Shown piece by piece: positions 11,059 to 21,141 of a DNA stretch of 64,000 nucleotides (its first letter is position 1; each line of letters begins with the position of its first letter). The DNA is taken from assembly GCA_963665235.2 (NCBI GenBank), contig CAXXLX010000001.1, positions 1,664,001-1,728,000 of the forward strand, read 5' to 3'. The position numbers and the translations under genes are program-made. Below the pieces are notes generated by a model, which worked only from the letters and a program-made list of their open reading frames with translations, did no database searches and had not been told where the DNA came from. Source of the DNA: Candidatus Poribacteria bacterium. GTDB lineage: Bacteria > Poribacteria > WGA-4E > WGA-3G.

Positions 11059-11105
11059 GCCTGCGTTTCCTTCCGTCTGATTAGTCGGTTAATTGTAAAA
11101 AGGAT

Positions 11106-11246
11106 CAGGACTTACGCAAATTTAGCAGGAGCCTCAGTATTCGGGCAAACGGTTTCCCGCTCCTCTGGGCGGGGTCCCCCCGCCCGCTAGGTCTCCCTCT
11201 AAATCCCACTATCATAAAGGTTTATCAACGCGCTGCGTAAGTCCTA
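11106..11246. mobile_element. MITE family C, copy 1 (TIR CAGGACTTACGCA), REP cargo
   Basis: CAGGACTTACGCA...TGCGTAAGTCCTA; AAGGAT on both flanks. Confidence 0.8.
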
Positions 11247-11253
11247 AAGGATA

Positions 11254-11826
11254 TTAGAGTTGCGCCACTGCCTGATAGAAAGTTAAATGTGTATCGCCGT
11301 ACTGTTTCAGCCGGGTACGCGTTAGGCATCCAACGGTGGCTGGCAGTAGGGTCCGTTTATGATGTTCCACTAGCAGTGTCCCCGTGGTTTGCAGCAGGCG
11401 AGTCTCTGCTATCTGTCCAAGGCATTTCTCGTAAAGCCCGGCATTGTACGGTGGGTCGAAGTAGATAAGCTCAAAATTTTCTGACCGTTTGTGGAGAGTA
11501 GCGATGCCTTCCTGTACATCTCGCCGGAGCAGCTGCACCTGCGGGGCTGCAACCGCCACCCCACACGTTTGGAGGTTGCGTTCAATCAGGTGAAGACAGC
11601 CCGGATGTCGTTCCAAGAAGACTACCCGTTTTGCTCCACGGCTGAGAGCTTCAATGCCGATATTGCCAGTTCCAGCACACATGTCCAGAAATGTTGCATC
11701 GATGACTCGTTCACGCAAAATACTAAAAACAGATTCTTTGACCCTATCCCCGGTTGGACGAACAAGCAGGGCTCCTTTAGGACGTATTAAGCGTCTACCG
11801 CCAAATTTACCGGCTATAATTCGCAT
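11254..11826 (-). CDS. rsmD: 16S rRNA (guanine966-N2)-methyltransferase
   Basis: 'MRIIAGKFGGRRL', 'RPTGDRVKESVF', 'EALSRGA', 'DPPY'. Confidence 0.93.
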   Translation of the reverse strand: MRIIAGKFGGRRLIRPKGALLVRPTGDRVKESVFSILRERVIDATFLDMCAGTGNIGIEALSRGAKRVVFLERHPGCLHLIERNLQTCGVAVAAPQVQLLRRDVQEGIATLHKRSENFELIYFDPPYNAGLYEKCLGQIAETRLLQTTGTLLVEHHKRTLLPATVGCLTRTRLKQYGDTHLTFYQAVAQL

Positions 11827-11871
11827 GATGAGCACCCGCGCGGTACACCTGCTATCAAGGTTCAAACTCAC

Positions 11872-11985
11872 CAGGACTTACGCAAATTTAGGAGGTTTAT
11901 CGTAGGGGCGAGGTGCCCTCGCCCGCTAGGTCTCCCTCTAAATCCCATTATCTATGGACTTTATCAACACACTACGTCCGTCCTA
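11872..11985. mobile_element. MITE family C, copy 2
   Basis: CAGGACTTACGCA...TACGTCCGTCCTA; CTCAC duplicated on both sides; internal GTAGGGGCGAGG REP. Confidence 0.75.
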
Positions 11986-12021
11986 CTCACCTATTTTGAC
12001 AGGTGCTCCACGGAGAGAGTT

Positions 12022-13332
12022 TCAAACGAACAGTTTCGGAATAACCGTTCCATCGTTCACAACTTGTATCGGTCGACCGGAGCGCGAGTAATTCTCTTTT
12101 TCATAGTCAATTCCGAGTGCGAAACAGAGCGATGCAAACAGATCAGGGACACCGATTCCCTCTGTCACAACCTGCATTCCATCCGGACTCGTACTGCCGA
12201 TGACTTGTCCACCCTTGATACCGCCGCCTGCTACGACAGCGGACCACCCATTTGGATGATGGTCGCGTCCATCATTTTGGTTGATTCGCGGTGTCCGACC
12301 GAATTCACCCAACCAGAGGACGAGCGTTTCATCAAGCAGATCGCGTTCATTGAGGTCTTTGAGAAGCATCGCAAACGCAGGGTCAACAACGTTAAGCAGC
12401 TCTTTCGTTCGATCGAAATTGTTTTCGTGCGTATCCCAACCATCAAGCGTGACTTCAACAAATTTAACACCGGCTTCAACGAGTCGCCTTGCCATCAAAC
12501 ATCCCTGCCCGAATCGGTTCATGCCGTAAGCCTCACGTAGAGCAATCGGTTCTTCGTTCAGCTCAAATGCTTTAACATTCGGGGAATTAATAAGCTCGTC
12601 CGCTTTTTTGTAGATAGCCTCGTGCGCTTCGGTCCCACGTCCAGTACGTTTTGCAATGAAATCCTTTTCAATCGTGTTCAGCATTTTGAGCCGTTCACGA
12701 AAACGATAGGTATCCATTTGTGCCGGATATGAGATGTCATCCACCGGTTTCATCGGATTATTCACAACAAATGGGTCGTGTGACGCACCGAGAAACCCAC
12801 CGGTGTAAGTTGGCGAATTGATATTTACGCAGCTCGGTAAAGTTAATTCGTCGTCCTCAACATAGTAGGAGGTGAGAGAACCGAGCGTTGGGTGACGGAC
12901 CGCGCCCCCAGGAGCATAGCCTGTATGCAATAGGTAACGTGCACGTTCATGATTGCCCTCGCGGGATACCATCGAGCGGAGAATGGCGAGGTGATGTGCC
13001 TGCTCCGCTACATTTGGGAGATGCTCTGAAACTTCAATACCTTTGACGCTTGTCGGAATCGCAGCGAAAGGTCCACTATTTTTTTCCTTCGCGGGTTTCG
13101 GATCAAACGTATCTAACTGACTCGGCCCACCACTCATAAACATAACGATGCAATGTTTCGCCCGCGGAACAACACCCGCTATTTCTGTCCCCGCACTAGC
13201 AGTGCCGAAGTGTTGCATGGCAACAAGCCCGAGAAAACTGCTGACACCGCATTTGAAAAAGCCGCGGCGAGAAATTTCCTTATGCCATAACTCAGGTGTA
13301 TCGTATTCGGGAATCCATAATCCTGATTTCAT
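12022..13332 (-). CDS. DUF1501 family protein with Tat-like signal
   Basis: 'SRRGFFK', 'GGPSQLDTFDPKP', 'CLMARRLVEAGV', 'GWDTH', 'GEFGRTP', 'GRDH'. Confidence 0.9.
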   Translation of the reverse strand: MKSGLWIPEYDTPELWHKEISRRGFFKCGVSSFLGLVAMQHFGTASAGTEIAGVVPRAKHCIVMFMSGGPSQLDTFDPKPAKEKNSGPFAAIPTSVKGIEVSEHLPNVAEQAHHLAILRSMVSREGNHERARYLLHTGYAPGGAVRHPTLGSLTSYYVEDDELTLPSCVNINSPTYTGGFLGASHDPFVVNNPMKPVDDISYPAQMDTYRFRERLKMLNTIEKDFIAKRTGRGTEAHEAIYKKADELINSPNVKAFELNEEPIALREAYGMNRFGQGCLMARRLVEAGVKFVEVTLDGWDTHENNFDRTKELLNVVDPAFAMLLKDLNERDLLDETLVLWLGEFGRTPRINQNDGRDHHPNGWSAVVAGGGIKGGQVIGSTSPDGMQVVTEGIGVPDLFASLCFALGIDYEKENYSRSGRPIQVVNDGTVIPKLFV

Positions 13333-13658
13333 TAAATTAACAGCATTCGCAACGCAAATGTTTTTACGAATGCTTCTCCTTATTTTAGCCCGCTAAAAAA
13401 TCGTCAGTCGCAAGAACAGTGGCACCTGCGGGATAGATGCCATGTTCTCATGCAGTTTGTCTCTGAAGTTGAGATGTTTTGACTAGTTTCTATATATTTG
13501 TTTGCCAATTTAAGCCGCCCGGTTTACCTCACATTAATATGATAACACATTCGCGTTTCAAAAACAAGCACAAAGGGACCGGCTTGCATGCGTTGTCGAC
13601 ACTACAGCGTTTGACGATGTCCCAAAATCCGTATTCTGGGTTGCACACTTCATTAAAC

Positions 13659-14264
13659 TCAAGGGGTGCCGTTGAACAAGGCGTTCTTAAAGTCTTCAAG
13701 GCTGTCGGCTTTGGCAGCGGCAAGAAGCAACTGATTAAGGTAATCTAAATCGCCAATTGCCTCTATAAGCGGCTTTAGCCTTTCTGCTACATCGGTCTGA
13801 AATCGGGCCGTTAGCACCGTGAGAACCGCTTTGCGCGCCTGTAGTTTTCGACCCTGTTCGATGCCTTGTTCGATGCCTTGTGTGATGCTTTGTGCGATGT
13901 CTTGTGTGATGCCTTGTGCAATACTTTGTGCAATGCCTTGTGCAATGCCTTGTGCAATGCCTTGTTGTCGACCCTCTTCTCGACCCTGTTCGATGCCTTG
14001 TGCGATCCATTTTTTACTTAGGTCTTGTATAACAGAAGATTCTTGCACGGTTGCCTCCAATACTGCGTTCCAAATCGTTTCGGAACCATAGATTAAACCA
14101 CCTAAAATCGCAAAATCCGCTAACGCCTCTATTTTCTGCGATTCATCAACTGAACTCGTTTCAATCACCTCTACACACCGACGAAGCCACGCCGGACCAT
14201 CCAACTCGGCAGGCGGTGCCATCAGTGCAGCGAACGGAACAAGCTCCACACGATTCGAATCCAA
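13659..14264 (-). CDS. Duplicated C-terminal part of Rpn-family gene; likely small ORF from GTG at 14048
   Basis: Near copy of 14282-14775; GGAGG-5nt-GTG internal start; expanded GIAQ/GIEQ 12-bp repeats. Confidence 0.6.
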   Translation of the reverse strand: MDSNRVELVPFAALMAPPAELDGPAWLRRCVEVIETSSVDESQKIEALADFAILGGLIYGSETIWNAVLEATVQESSVIQDLSKKWIAQGIEQGREEGRQQGIAQGIAQGIAQSIAQGITQDIAQSITQGIEQGIEQGRKLQARKAVLTVLTARFQTDVAERLKPLIEAIGDLDYLNQLLLAAAKADSLEDFKNALFNGTP

Positions 14265-14281
14265 AGTCTAGGTTGCACACT

Positions 14282-15267
14282 TCATTGAACTGAAGTGTTG
14301 ATGCCTAACAAGACGTTACTAAAGTCTTCAAGGCTGTCGGCTTTGGCAGCGGCAAGATGCAACTGATTAAGGTCCTCTAGCTCGTCAATCGCCCCTATAA
14401 GCAGTTTTAGCCTCTCCACCGCATCGGTTTGAAATCGGGCCGTTAGCACTGTGAGAATCGCTTTACGCGCCTGCAGTTTTTGCCCCTGTTCGATACCCTC
14501 TTCTCGACCCTGTTCAACACCTTGTGCGATCCATTTTTTACTTAGGTCTTGTATAACAGAAGATTCTATCACGGTTACCTCCAATACTGCGTTCCAAATC
14601 GTTTCGGAACCATAGATTAAACCACCTAAAATCGCGAAATCCGCTAAATCTGCGATTCATCAACTGAACTCGTTTCAATCACCTCTACACACCGACGAAG
14701 CCACGCCGGACCATCCAACTCCGCAGGCGGTGCCATCAACGCCGCAAACGGAACAAGCTCCACACGATTCGCATCTAACAGCTTTTGACCATCCATCTTC
14801 CACAACCTGATAACACGATACTCTATGTGAATATTATAGCCCGGAATCTCTTGAACGTATTGACCCGGGTCATTCTCCCCTGCCTCTCTATCCAAGTAAA
14901 TGACATGAGAACAGATAGGTAATTTGTAAGCCGCGAGGCAATTGCCGATGTAGCCTGCCATGCGGAACGGCATCGGGACATCCCGACTATCGCGTGTTTG
15001 AAACTCGCAGTGGACAATAATTTGCTTACCCCCGATAGTCACTAATATGAAACTATCAGCAATGTGTGTTTTCATAGTGAGCTGTTCAGTTTCAATGACT
15101 TCACAGGTATCCGCCTCTATGCCGAGGAACGTTGTGACAAACCCCATCGGGTCTTTGCGTACACTTCGGCCTGTAACGTTATCAAACGGTTTGGGCAAAA
15201 TGAGTTTGCTATCGGGGGTTACTATTTTCTGCCCGTTTGACGGTGGTGCGTTACGATTTTCTGCCAC
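14282..15267 (-). pseudogene. Rpn/YhgA-like recombination-promoting nuclease (PD-(D/E)xK), frameshifted at ~14650
   Basis: 'ADSF...IVHCEFQT...MPFRMAGY'; C-terminal 'QGVEQGREEGIEQG' and 'ARF...LNQLHLAA'; net 10-bp deletion versus the duplicate copy. Confidence 0.75.
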
Positions 15268-15423
15268 AGTGAATCTCCTCGGTGCCGTAAAGTTCTTATT
15301 TCTAATTCATTATACCCTATTTCTCCGGTAATTGTCAAGTTTTAAAAATCTAAAAAACAGAGGCATGCAGTTTTCCAAAATCAACGCTGAATGTGTGTTT
15401 GCGTTCAAAACCTACTTGCAGGA

Positions 15424-16197
15424 TTAGATATTTGAACGCGATTGACATCCATCCACGTTGATGCACGCGCCTGTTACAAGACTTGCACGCTCGGAAGCGA
15501 GGAAGACGACAACATTAGCGATTTCTTCGGGCTTTCCGAACCGTCCGAGAGGCATATCGCTTTTGACAAAGGCTTTCATCCCTTCAGGGTCGCTTTCCAT
15601 GCGTCGTGCCCAGCCGCCGCCAGGGAAGAGGATGGACCCCGGGGCAATACTATTGACACGGATATTATCGGCCGCAAGTTCATTGGCTAACGATTTTGCC
15701 ATACTAATTTCGGCAGCTTTAGCAGCGTTGTAGGTGATATGTCCCCCGCCTTCTCTACCGTATATGGAGGCTATCATTAAAATGACCCCCCCGCCCTGTT
15801 TCCGCATTGCTGGGATTGCAAGCCTATTTATTCGCGCTGCCGAAACCAAATTCAGGTCAAGAATTTCGTGCCATTCGTCATCAGAAATGTCGTCTAACGG
15901 TGTCTTGCGACTGCCGCCAACATTATTGACGACGATATCAACGCGCCCGTAATGTGCCAACGTCTCTGTCATGAAAGCTTCAACTTGAGCGGCATCGGTC
16001 ACATCGGTGGATTTGGCAAATACTTCTGCGCCGTGTGTACCAAGCTCCTCGGTTACGGTTTGTAGTGTGTCAGGGTCTCTACCGCAGATGCTGAGCCGGG
16101 CCCCCTCTTGTGCAAAACCGAAAGCGATAGCTCTTCCTATTCCGCGGCTTGCGCCTGTTACAACAACGACCTTGTCTGTCAATCCTAAGTTCATCAA
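15424..16197 (-). CDS. Short-chain dehydrogenase/reductase
   Basis: TGASRGIG, NNVG, YNAAK. Confidence 0.92.
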   Translation of the reverse strand: MMNLGLTDKVVVVTGASRGIGRAIAFGFAQEGARLSICGRDPDTLQTVTEELGTHGAEVFAKSTDVTDAAQVEAFMTETLAHYGRVDIVVNNVGGSRKTPLDDISDDEWHEILDLNLVSAARINRLAIPAMRKQGGGVILMIASIYGREGGGHITYNAAKAAEISMAKSLANELAADNIRVNSIAPGSILFPGGGWARRMESDPEGMKAFVKSDMPLGRFGKPEEIANVVVFLASERASLVTGACINVDGCQSRSNI

Positions 16198-16256
16198 ACA
16201 GCCTCCATTTCTTTTATAGATATATCATCCATACAGGTCTAAACAGACCAAAGGAT

Positions 16257-16949
16257 TCAATTTTCCTCTTTAAGCCGATAACCAACGCCATATACGGTCT
16301 CAATCTGGTTTCCGAGATTTCCTAATTTGCGTCGGAGGCGACTGACATGCGTATCCACCGTCCGGTCCACGCCGTAGTATTCCTGTCCCCATATAACGTC
16401 CATCAGAATATCGCGTGTAAAAACGCGTCCTGGGGAACGTGCAAATAGGGTAATGAGTTTAAACTCGGTAGCGGTCAGGTCAATAGGTTTTTCTTCTGTC
16501 AACACCTGATGCCGTGCCAGATCGATTGTCACGCCATGCGTTTCAATGGAGTTTTCCTCTTCCGCTTCTTGACTGGCTCTGAGCCGACGGAGGACAGCAG
16601 TGACGCGTAAAACGACCTCACGCGGACTAAAGGGTTTCGTGATATAATCGTCTGCCCCTAATTCTAACCCTGTTACGCGGTCATCCTCCTTTACCTTCGC
16701 TGTCAGCATGACAATCGGAATGTGTTTGGTACGCGGATCGTTCTTCAACAGTCGACAGACGATAAGTCCATCTACCTCCGGCAACATCAAATCTAACAGG
16801 ATGAGGTCAGGGGGGTTATCTACAGCACGCTGTAGTGCATCGCTCCCATTTCGGACGATGTTTACCTCAAAGTCCGCCTGTCGGAGGTTATATCTCAACA
16901 ACTCTGCGATATCACGCTCATCTTCAACAACTAAAATTTTTGCTTCCAT
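16257..16949 (-). CDS. OmpR/PhoB family response regulator
   Basis: 'ILVVEDE', 'LLDLMLP', 'GADDYITKPFS', wHTH 'RTVDTHVSRLRRKL...YGVGY'. Confidence 0.92.
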   Translation of the reverse strand: MEAKILVVEDERDIAELLRYNLRQADFEVNIVRNGSDALQRAVDNPPDLILLDLMLPEVDGLIVCRLLKNDPRTKHIPIVMLTAKVKEDDRVTGLELGADDYITKPFSPREVVLRVTAVLRRLRASQEAEEENSIETHGVTIDLARHQVLTEEKPIDLTATEFKLITLFARSPGRVFTRDILMDVIWGQEYYGVDRTVDTHVSRLRRKLGNLGNQIETVYGVGYRLKEEN

Positions 16950-17049
16950 CCGTCCTTCCTTACTATTGTCCGCTCAAAATAAGTTTACAAAATTCCACAT
17001 TTCTTTTTAAAAATGTATCATATTTTCTGGGGAGAGTCAAGTTTTTATT

Positions 17050-18093
17050 TTATCTATTCTGTTCAATAACAACCGCTTCAACGGTTTTCAACGTCACCCG
17101 GTCACCTACTTGGAAGGAGCATCGGTAATCGGTTTGGACGAAGTAGGATTCTCCTTGAACTTCAACGCAATACGTGAAATCGTGCCCCTTGAATTCGCGT
17201 GCGACGATATAACCTGCTGCTTCATTACCCGTATCCGGTGAACATGGGTGCATTGTGATATATTCAGGACGAATTGAAAGGAGGACACGCGGCGTGTCTG
17301 ACATATCAAACCGTAAATTCCCGAACGGCGTTTCAGCGATACCGGCTTTGACGTGCGTTTCAACGATATTGGTTTTTCCTAAAAAATTTGCCACATACAC
17401 CGTTTTTGGGCGGCGGTAAACATCTTCAGGCGTGCCGAGCTGTTCAAGCGTCCCACTGTTCATCACAGCGAGCCGTTCAGCGAAGCTGAGTGCCTCCTCC
17501 TGGTCATGCGTTACCAAGACAACGCTGATACCGGCGGTCTTTAATAGGGCTCTAACCTCCTCTCGGGTAGCTTGGCGGAGCCCAGCGTCCAGGCTGGAAA
17601 AGGGTTCATCTAGAAGTAGGAGTTTCGGTTGCGTAGCGAGTGAACGTGCTAAAGCAACGCGTTGCTGTTCACCGCCCGATAGATGATGCGGCATGCGTTC
17701 GTGGAGATGCGCAATTCCTACCCGTTCTAAGGTTTCTAAAGCACTTGCACGCCGTGCCTTTTTGGACATTTTTCGACTGAGACCAAAGGCGGCGTTATCC
17801 AGTACGTTCTTATCCGGAAAAAGCGCGTAATCTTGAAAGACAAACCCAATTCCCCTATGTTCAGGAGGGATATGCACGTCCGAATCGGCTAGCAGACGGT
17901 TTTCCATAGCAATTGTGCCCGCGTCCGCCTTTTCAAACCCGGCAAGCAGACGTAACGTTGTCGTCTTACCGCACCCGCTTGACCCGAGGAGCGCGAAAAT
18001 TTCTCCCGGATAGACCTCAAAGCTGACATCCTTGACGACAGGTGTTCCTGCAAATTCCTTTGTAATCAATTCAACTGTGAGTAGCGGTGTCAT
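17050..18093 (-). CDS. ABC transporter ATP-binding protein (FbpC/PotA-like)
   Basis: GSSGCGKTT, LSGGEQQR, LLLDEP, C-terminal TOBE-like region; start at 18093 after GGAG. Confidence 0.9.
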   Translation of the reverse strand: MTPLLTVELITKEFAGTPVVKDVSFEVYPGEIFALLGSSGCGKTTTLRLLAGFEKADAGTIAMENRLLADSDVHIPPEHRGIGFVFQDYALFPDKNVLDNAAFGLSRKMSKKARRASALETLERVGIAHLHERMPHHLSGGEQQRVALARSLATQPKLLLLDEPFSSLDAGLRQATREEVRALLKTAGISVVLVTHDQEEALSFAERLAVMNSGTLEQLGTPEDVYRRPKTVYVANFLGKTNIVETHVKAGIAETPFGNLRFDMSDTPRVLLSIRPEYITMHPCSPDTGNEAAGYIVAREFKGHDFTYCVEVQGESYFVQTDYRCSFQVGDRVTLKTVEAVVIEQNR

Positions 18094-18145
18094 TGCATCA
18101 ATCTCCAAATAGCAGTCAATGAGAGTTGGAAGTTCACCCATTAGA

Positions 18146-18658
18146 ACGTGAGTTTGAAAAAGGTTTTCCCCTAGTTATACCATTTCTAATTGAAAATGCA
18201 TAAACTTCCTCTTTGTAGTAGCATAAACTTCCAGTTTGTGCTTTGTAGTAGCATAAACTTCCAGTTTGTGCTTTGTAGTTAAACTTCCAGTTTGTGCTTT
18301 GTAGTAGTAAACTTCCAGTTTGTGCTTTGTAGTAGCATAAAAGTTTGTGCTTTGTAGTAGCATAAACTTCCAGTTTGTGTCTTCCGTTCTCCGTTTCATT
18401 TCTAACAACCGGTAATGATAGAATAATTAATAAAAATGGTATTAGTATGAAGAGCAGGCTGGTTACCCGAATACTGGGCGATAAGTCCGCTCCTTAGGGA
18501 CGATCCGTTTATAGGCAGGTCCATGGGTTTCTGCCCGCCTCTTAGTCCCGTAGGGACGATATCTTTATAGAAAGCCGTTAACGCCTGCCTCTTAGTCCCG
18601 TAGGGACGATATCTTTATAGAGGTTAGGAAAAACAGACATTTATTATCAAGCTCACGT
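18146..18658. mobile_element. MITE family B, copy 1 (TIR ACGTGAGYTTGA), contains a nested family A element
   Basis: ACGTGAGTTTGA...TCAAGCTCACGT with ATTAGA on both flanks; cargo repeats TTAGTCCCGTAGGGACGATATC. Confidence 0.8.
18178..18441. mobile_element. MITE family A, copy 1 (TIR TACCATTT, TSD TTA), degenerate 30-bp REP array
   Basis: TTA|TACCATTTCT...AAAAATGGTA|TTA; units TAGCATAAACTTCCAGTTTGTGCTTTGTAG. Confidence 0.85.
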
Positions 18659-18659
18659 A

Positions 18660-20591
18660 TTAGAGGGTGTGCCCCGCCCCTGATGAGGGCATATAAAGAT
18701 TCAGCGCAAAACTAATCAAACTCAGAACACTTCGCGGAATGTAATCGCCTAAGACCAATCCGAGGAAAAACGGAATTGCACGCCGATACGTCTGCCATCC
18801 CCAGAAACGGAGAATTAGGAATTTAATGAACCAGCTGACCATCACAGGAAACCAGAAGTAGATGAGCCCACCCCACGATGCACCTGAAAGGACGTAGCCT
18901 GATGGATGGAGCGTCCACCACAACAGACGGGTGCGTAAAAAGTTCAAGAGAAACACGAACGCAAACCCGCCACACATAAAGGTAATCGCACCGATATTTG
19001 GTGACCTTGGATGTTGCAACCAACTCTGAAGTGGGTTAAAGCTCTCCCACCCAAAACGCCCAACAACGCCTTGACATTTGGCTAACACACCGTAATGGTA
19101 TGCAACCTGTAGATAGGTCCAAAACGTAGCGACTGCCCCGACTCCGATAGCAAGTGCCATGGCGATAACTAACGTTTTGCCCGGTATGCGTGCACGTTCC
19201 CCGATGCGCAGCGATTCAATCTGGTTCGGCATCGGATGTGAACGGTTGCAACGGTTAAAAGCGTAGAGGAATGTCATCACGGTGAGGTTCGCTGAGCCGA
19301 GGGTTCGCGTGCCGAACATGCTCACCATCATTTGACGCGGATTAATGCCGATAACTTCGTGGTAAGGCGGGCCCAATTCCGCTCGGACTCGTCCGATTGC
19401 CAGAGCAAACGCGATAAACAACCCGTAAAAAACAGCTATAACCCATAAGGACATGCCCGCAGCATAGCAAAAGACACAGACAAGCCCAACGCTGAGAATT
19501 GTAAGTACCGCCACGGTCCGGTAAGAGAAAGGCTCGTTTATATCGTCCCCTTTTTCGCGGCCGAGAAGATGCCTGAAAAACCGGGCTAAGTGACGGCGAC
19601 CCATCCACACGGTCAAGACAGCAATACCTACCCATGCACCAGCAGCGCGGTCATTGAAATGGAGAACGCTCATGTTAGAGATGCCGAGCATGCTTGCAAT
19701 CACACGTTCCGCCCGGGTGAGCCAGAAGAAAAACCACGTTGAAAATGCCAAGTCAAGCGGCATGAAATAGGTTAACCCCACAATCGCGAGGTTGAAGGAC
19801 ATTGAGGCATAACCGATGGCACTCCACGGTTTTTCTGTAAAATGTCTATCCAATCGATAATTGGCAGGTAAAGCGGGAATTACGGGGAAAAGGTCGTGTA
19901 AACCTGCAAGTATGCGCAGCAGTGCCGCAATTCCAAGCCCAAACCAGAGCGCGCGCGACCGAAAAAAGGAGCGGTTCGTCGTGATTTGGAGCGGCAGCTG
20001 CGTTAGCGGAAAACTCAGTTTTTCACGTTCCATCCACTGTTTTCGCAGTAGCAGCCCTAAACACAGCAACGAACCGTAAAGCACAAAGATAAACCCCGAC
20101 CAGATAAGCGAAGGGATTATCCATATCCGAAGATGCTCCGATGTATAAAGTGTGGATTCCCCTTCATAATACCCAGTCAACCATTCAGAGTCGTGGACTG
20201 TTAACCATTCCGGAATGTGGTGGAGAAAAAGTTGTGCCCACTCGTTTTCGGGGGTTGCGAACCAGAAAGGGTGTGCTAATGTCCCCATCAGAATCGCCAT
20301 CATCGCATGACCAGAGATAGTGGACACCATCGTCACCATGATGTAGAGAAGCAGCAGCTCCGCGGGCTTAAAGGCTACGCTTGGTGAGATTTTTCGAAGC
20401 ACCACGTTAAGCAGCAGCAGCACAACTAACGTGAAAACTGCGTTAGAGAAGGGGGAAACGAGCGTGTACACCGCATACCAGAGTTCACTCGCTATCCCAA
20501 CCCAATACGCGTTCACAACGACCAGGATTAAGCCGACAATTATCGTTTTTTTTGTGATGACCTCGGGAGGTGTCGAGGTGCGTCCATTCAT
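18660..20591 (-). CDS. Polytopic membrane protein (DUF6785-like, putative transporter)
   Basis: Many TM helices; 'LRKQWMEREKLSFPL', 'YRRAIPFFLGLVLGD'. Confidence 0.65.
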   Translation of the reverse strand: MNGRTSTPPEVITKKTIIVGLILVVVNAYWVGIASELWYAVYTLVSPFSNAVFTLVVLLLLNVVLRKISPSVAFKPAELLLLYIMVTMVSTISGHAMMAILMGTLAHPFWFATPENEWAQLFLHHIPEWLTVHDSEWLTGYYEGESTLYTSEHLRIWIIPSLIWSGFIFVLYGSLLCLGLLLRKQWMEREKLSFPLTQLPLQITTNRSFFRSRALWFGLGIAALLRILAGLHDLFPVIPALPANYRLDRHFTEKPWSAIGYASMSFNLAIVGLTYFMPLDLAFSTWFFFWLTRAERVIASMLGISNMSVLHFNDRAAGAWVGIAVLTVWMGRRHLARFFRHLLGREKGDDINEPFSYRTVAVLTILSVGLVCVFCYAAGMSLWVIAVFYGLFIAFALAIGRVRAELGPPYHEVIGINPRQMMVSMFGTRTLGSANLTVMTFLYAFNRCNRSHPMPNQIESLRIGERARIPGKTLVIAMALAIGVGAVATFWTYLQVAYHYGVLAKCQGVVGRFGWESFNPLQSWLQHPRSPNIGAITFMCGGFAFVFLLNFLRTRLLWWTLHPSGYVLSGASWGGLIYFWFPVMVSWFIKFLILRFWGWQTYRRAIPFFLGLVLGDYIPRSVLSLISFALNLYMPSSGAGHTL

Positions 20592-20678
20592 TTTTTCACC
20601 GAGGGCATTTATGGCAATTGGTAAAATTGATAATAGGTGCGGTTTCAAACCGCACCTACTAGGGAATCGGGTAAGTTA

Positions 20679-21124
20679 TACCATTCCTAATTGAAAATGT
20701 CTCTTTGTAGTAGCATAAACTTCCAGTTTGTGCTTTGTAGTAGCATAAACTTCCAGTTTGTGCTTTGTAGTAGCATAAACTTCCAGTTTGTGCTTTGTAG
20801 TAGCATAAACTTCCAGTTTGTGCTTTGTAGTAGCATAAACTTTTAGTTTGTGCTTTGTAGTAGCATAAACTTCCAGTTTGTGCTTTGTAGTAGCATAAAC
20901 TTCCAGTTTGTGCTTTGTAGTAGCATAAACTTCCAGTTTGTGCGTTCTTGTAGCATAAACTTCCAGTTTGTGCGTTCTTGTAGCATAAACTTCCAGTTTG
21001 TGCGTTCTTGTAGCATAAACTTCCAGTTTGTGCTTTGTAGTAGCATAAACTTTTAGTTTGGGTCTTCCGTTCTCCGTTTCATTTCTAACAACCGGTAATG
21101 ATAGAATAATTAATAAAAATGGTA
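20679..21124. mobile_element. MITE family A, copy 2, 12 tandem 30-bp REP units
   Basis: TTA|TACCATTCCT...AAAAATGGTA|TTA; CATAAAC every 30 bp from 20714 to 21044. Confidence 0.88.
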
Positions 21125-21141
21125 TTATACCAACTTACAAA

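Noticed and set aside
13659-15267. Duplicated Rpn segment as a DGR template/variable repeat pair
   Set aside because: No reverse transcriptase in the window, and the differences are not adenine-specific
20707-21060. 30/33-bp arrays as mini-CRISPRs or repeat peptides (also 18200, 22900, 56620, 60740)
   Set aside because: No unique spacers; the units are tandem REP hairpins and the ORFs arise only because the period is divisible by 3
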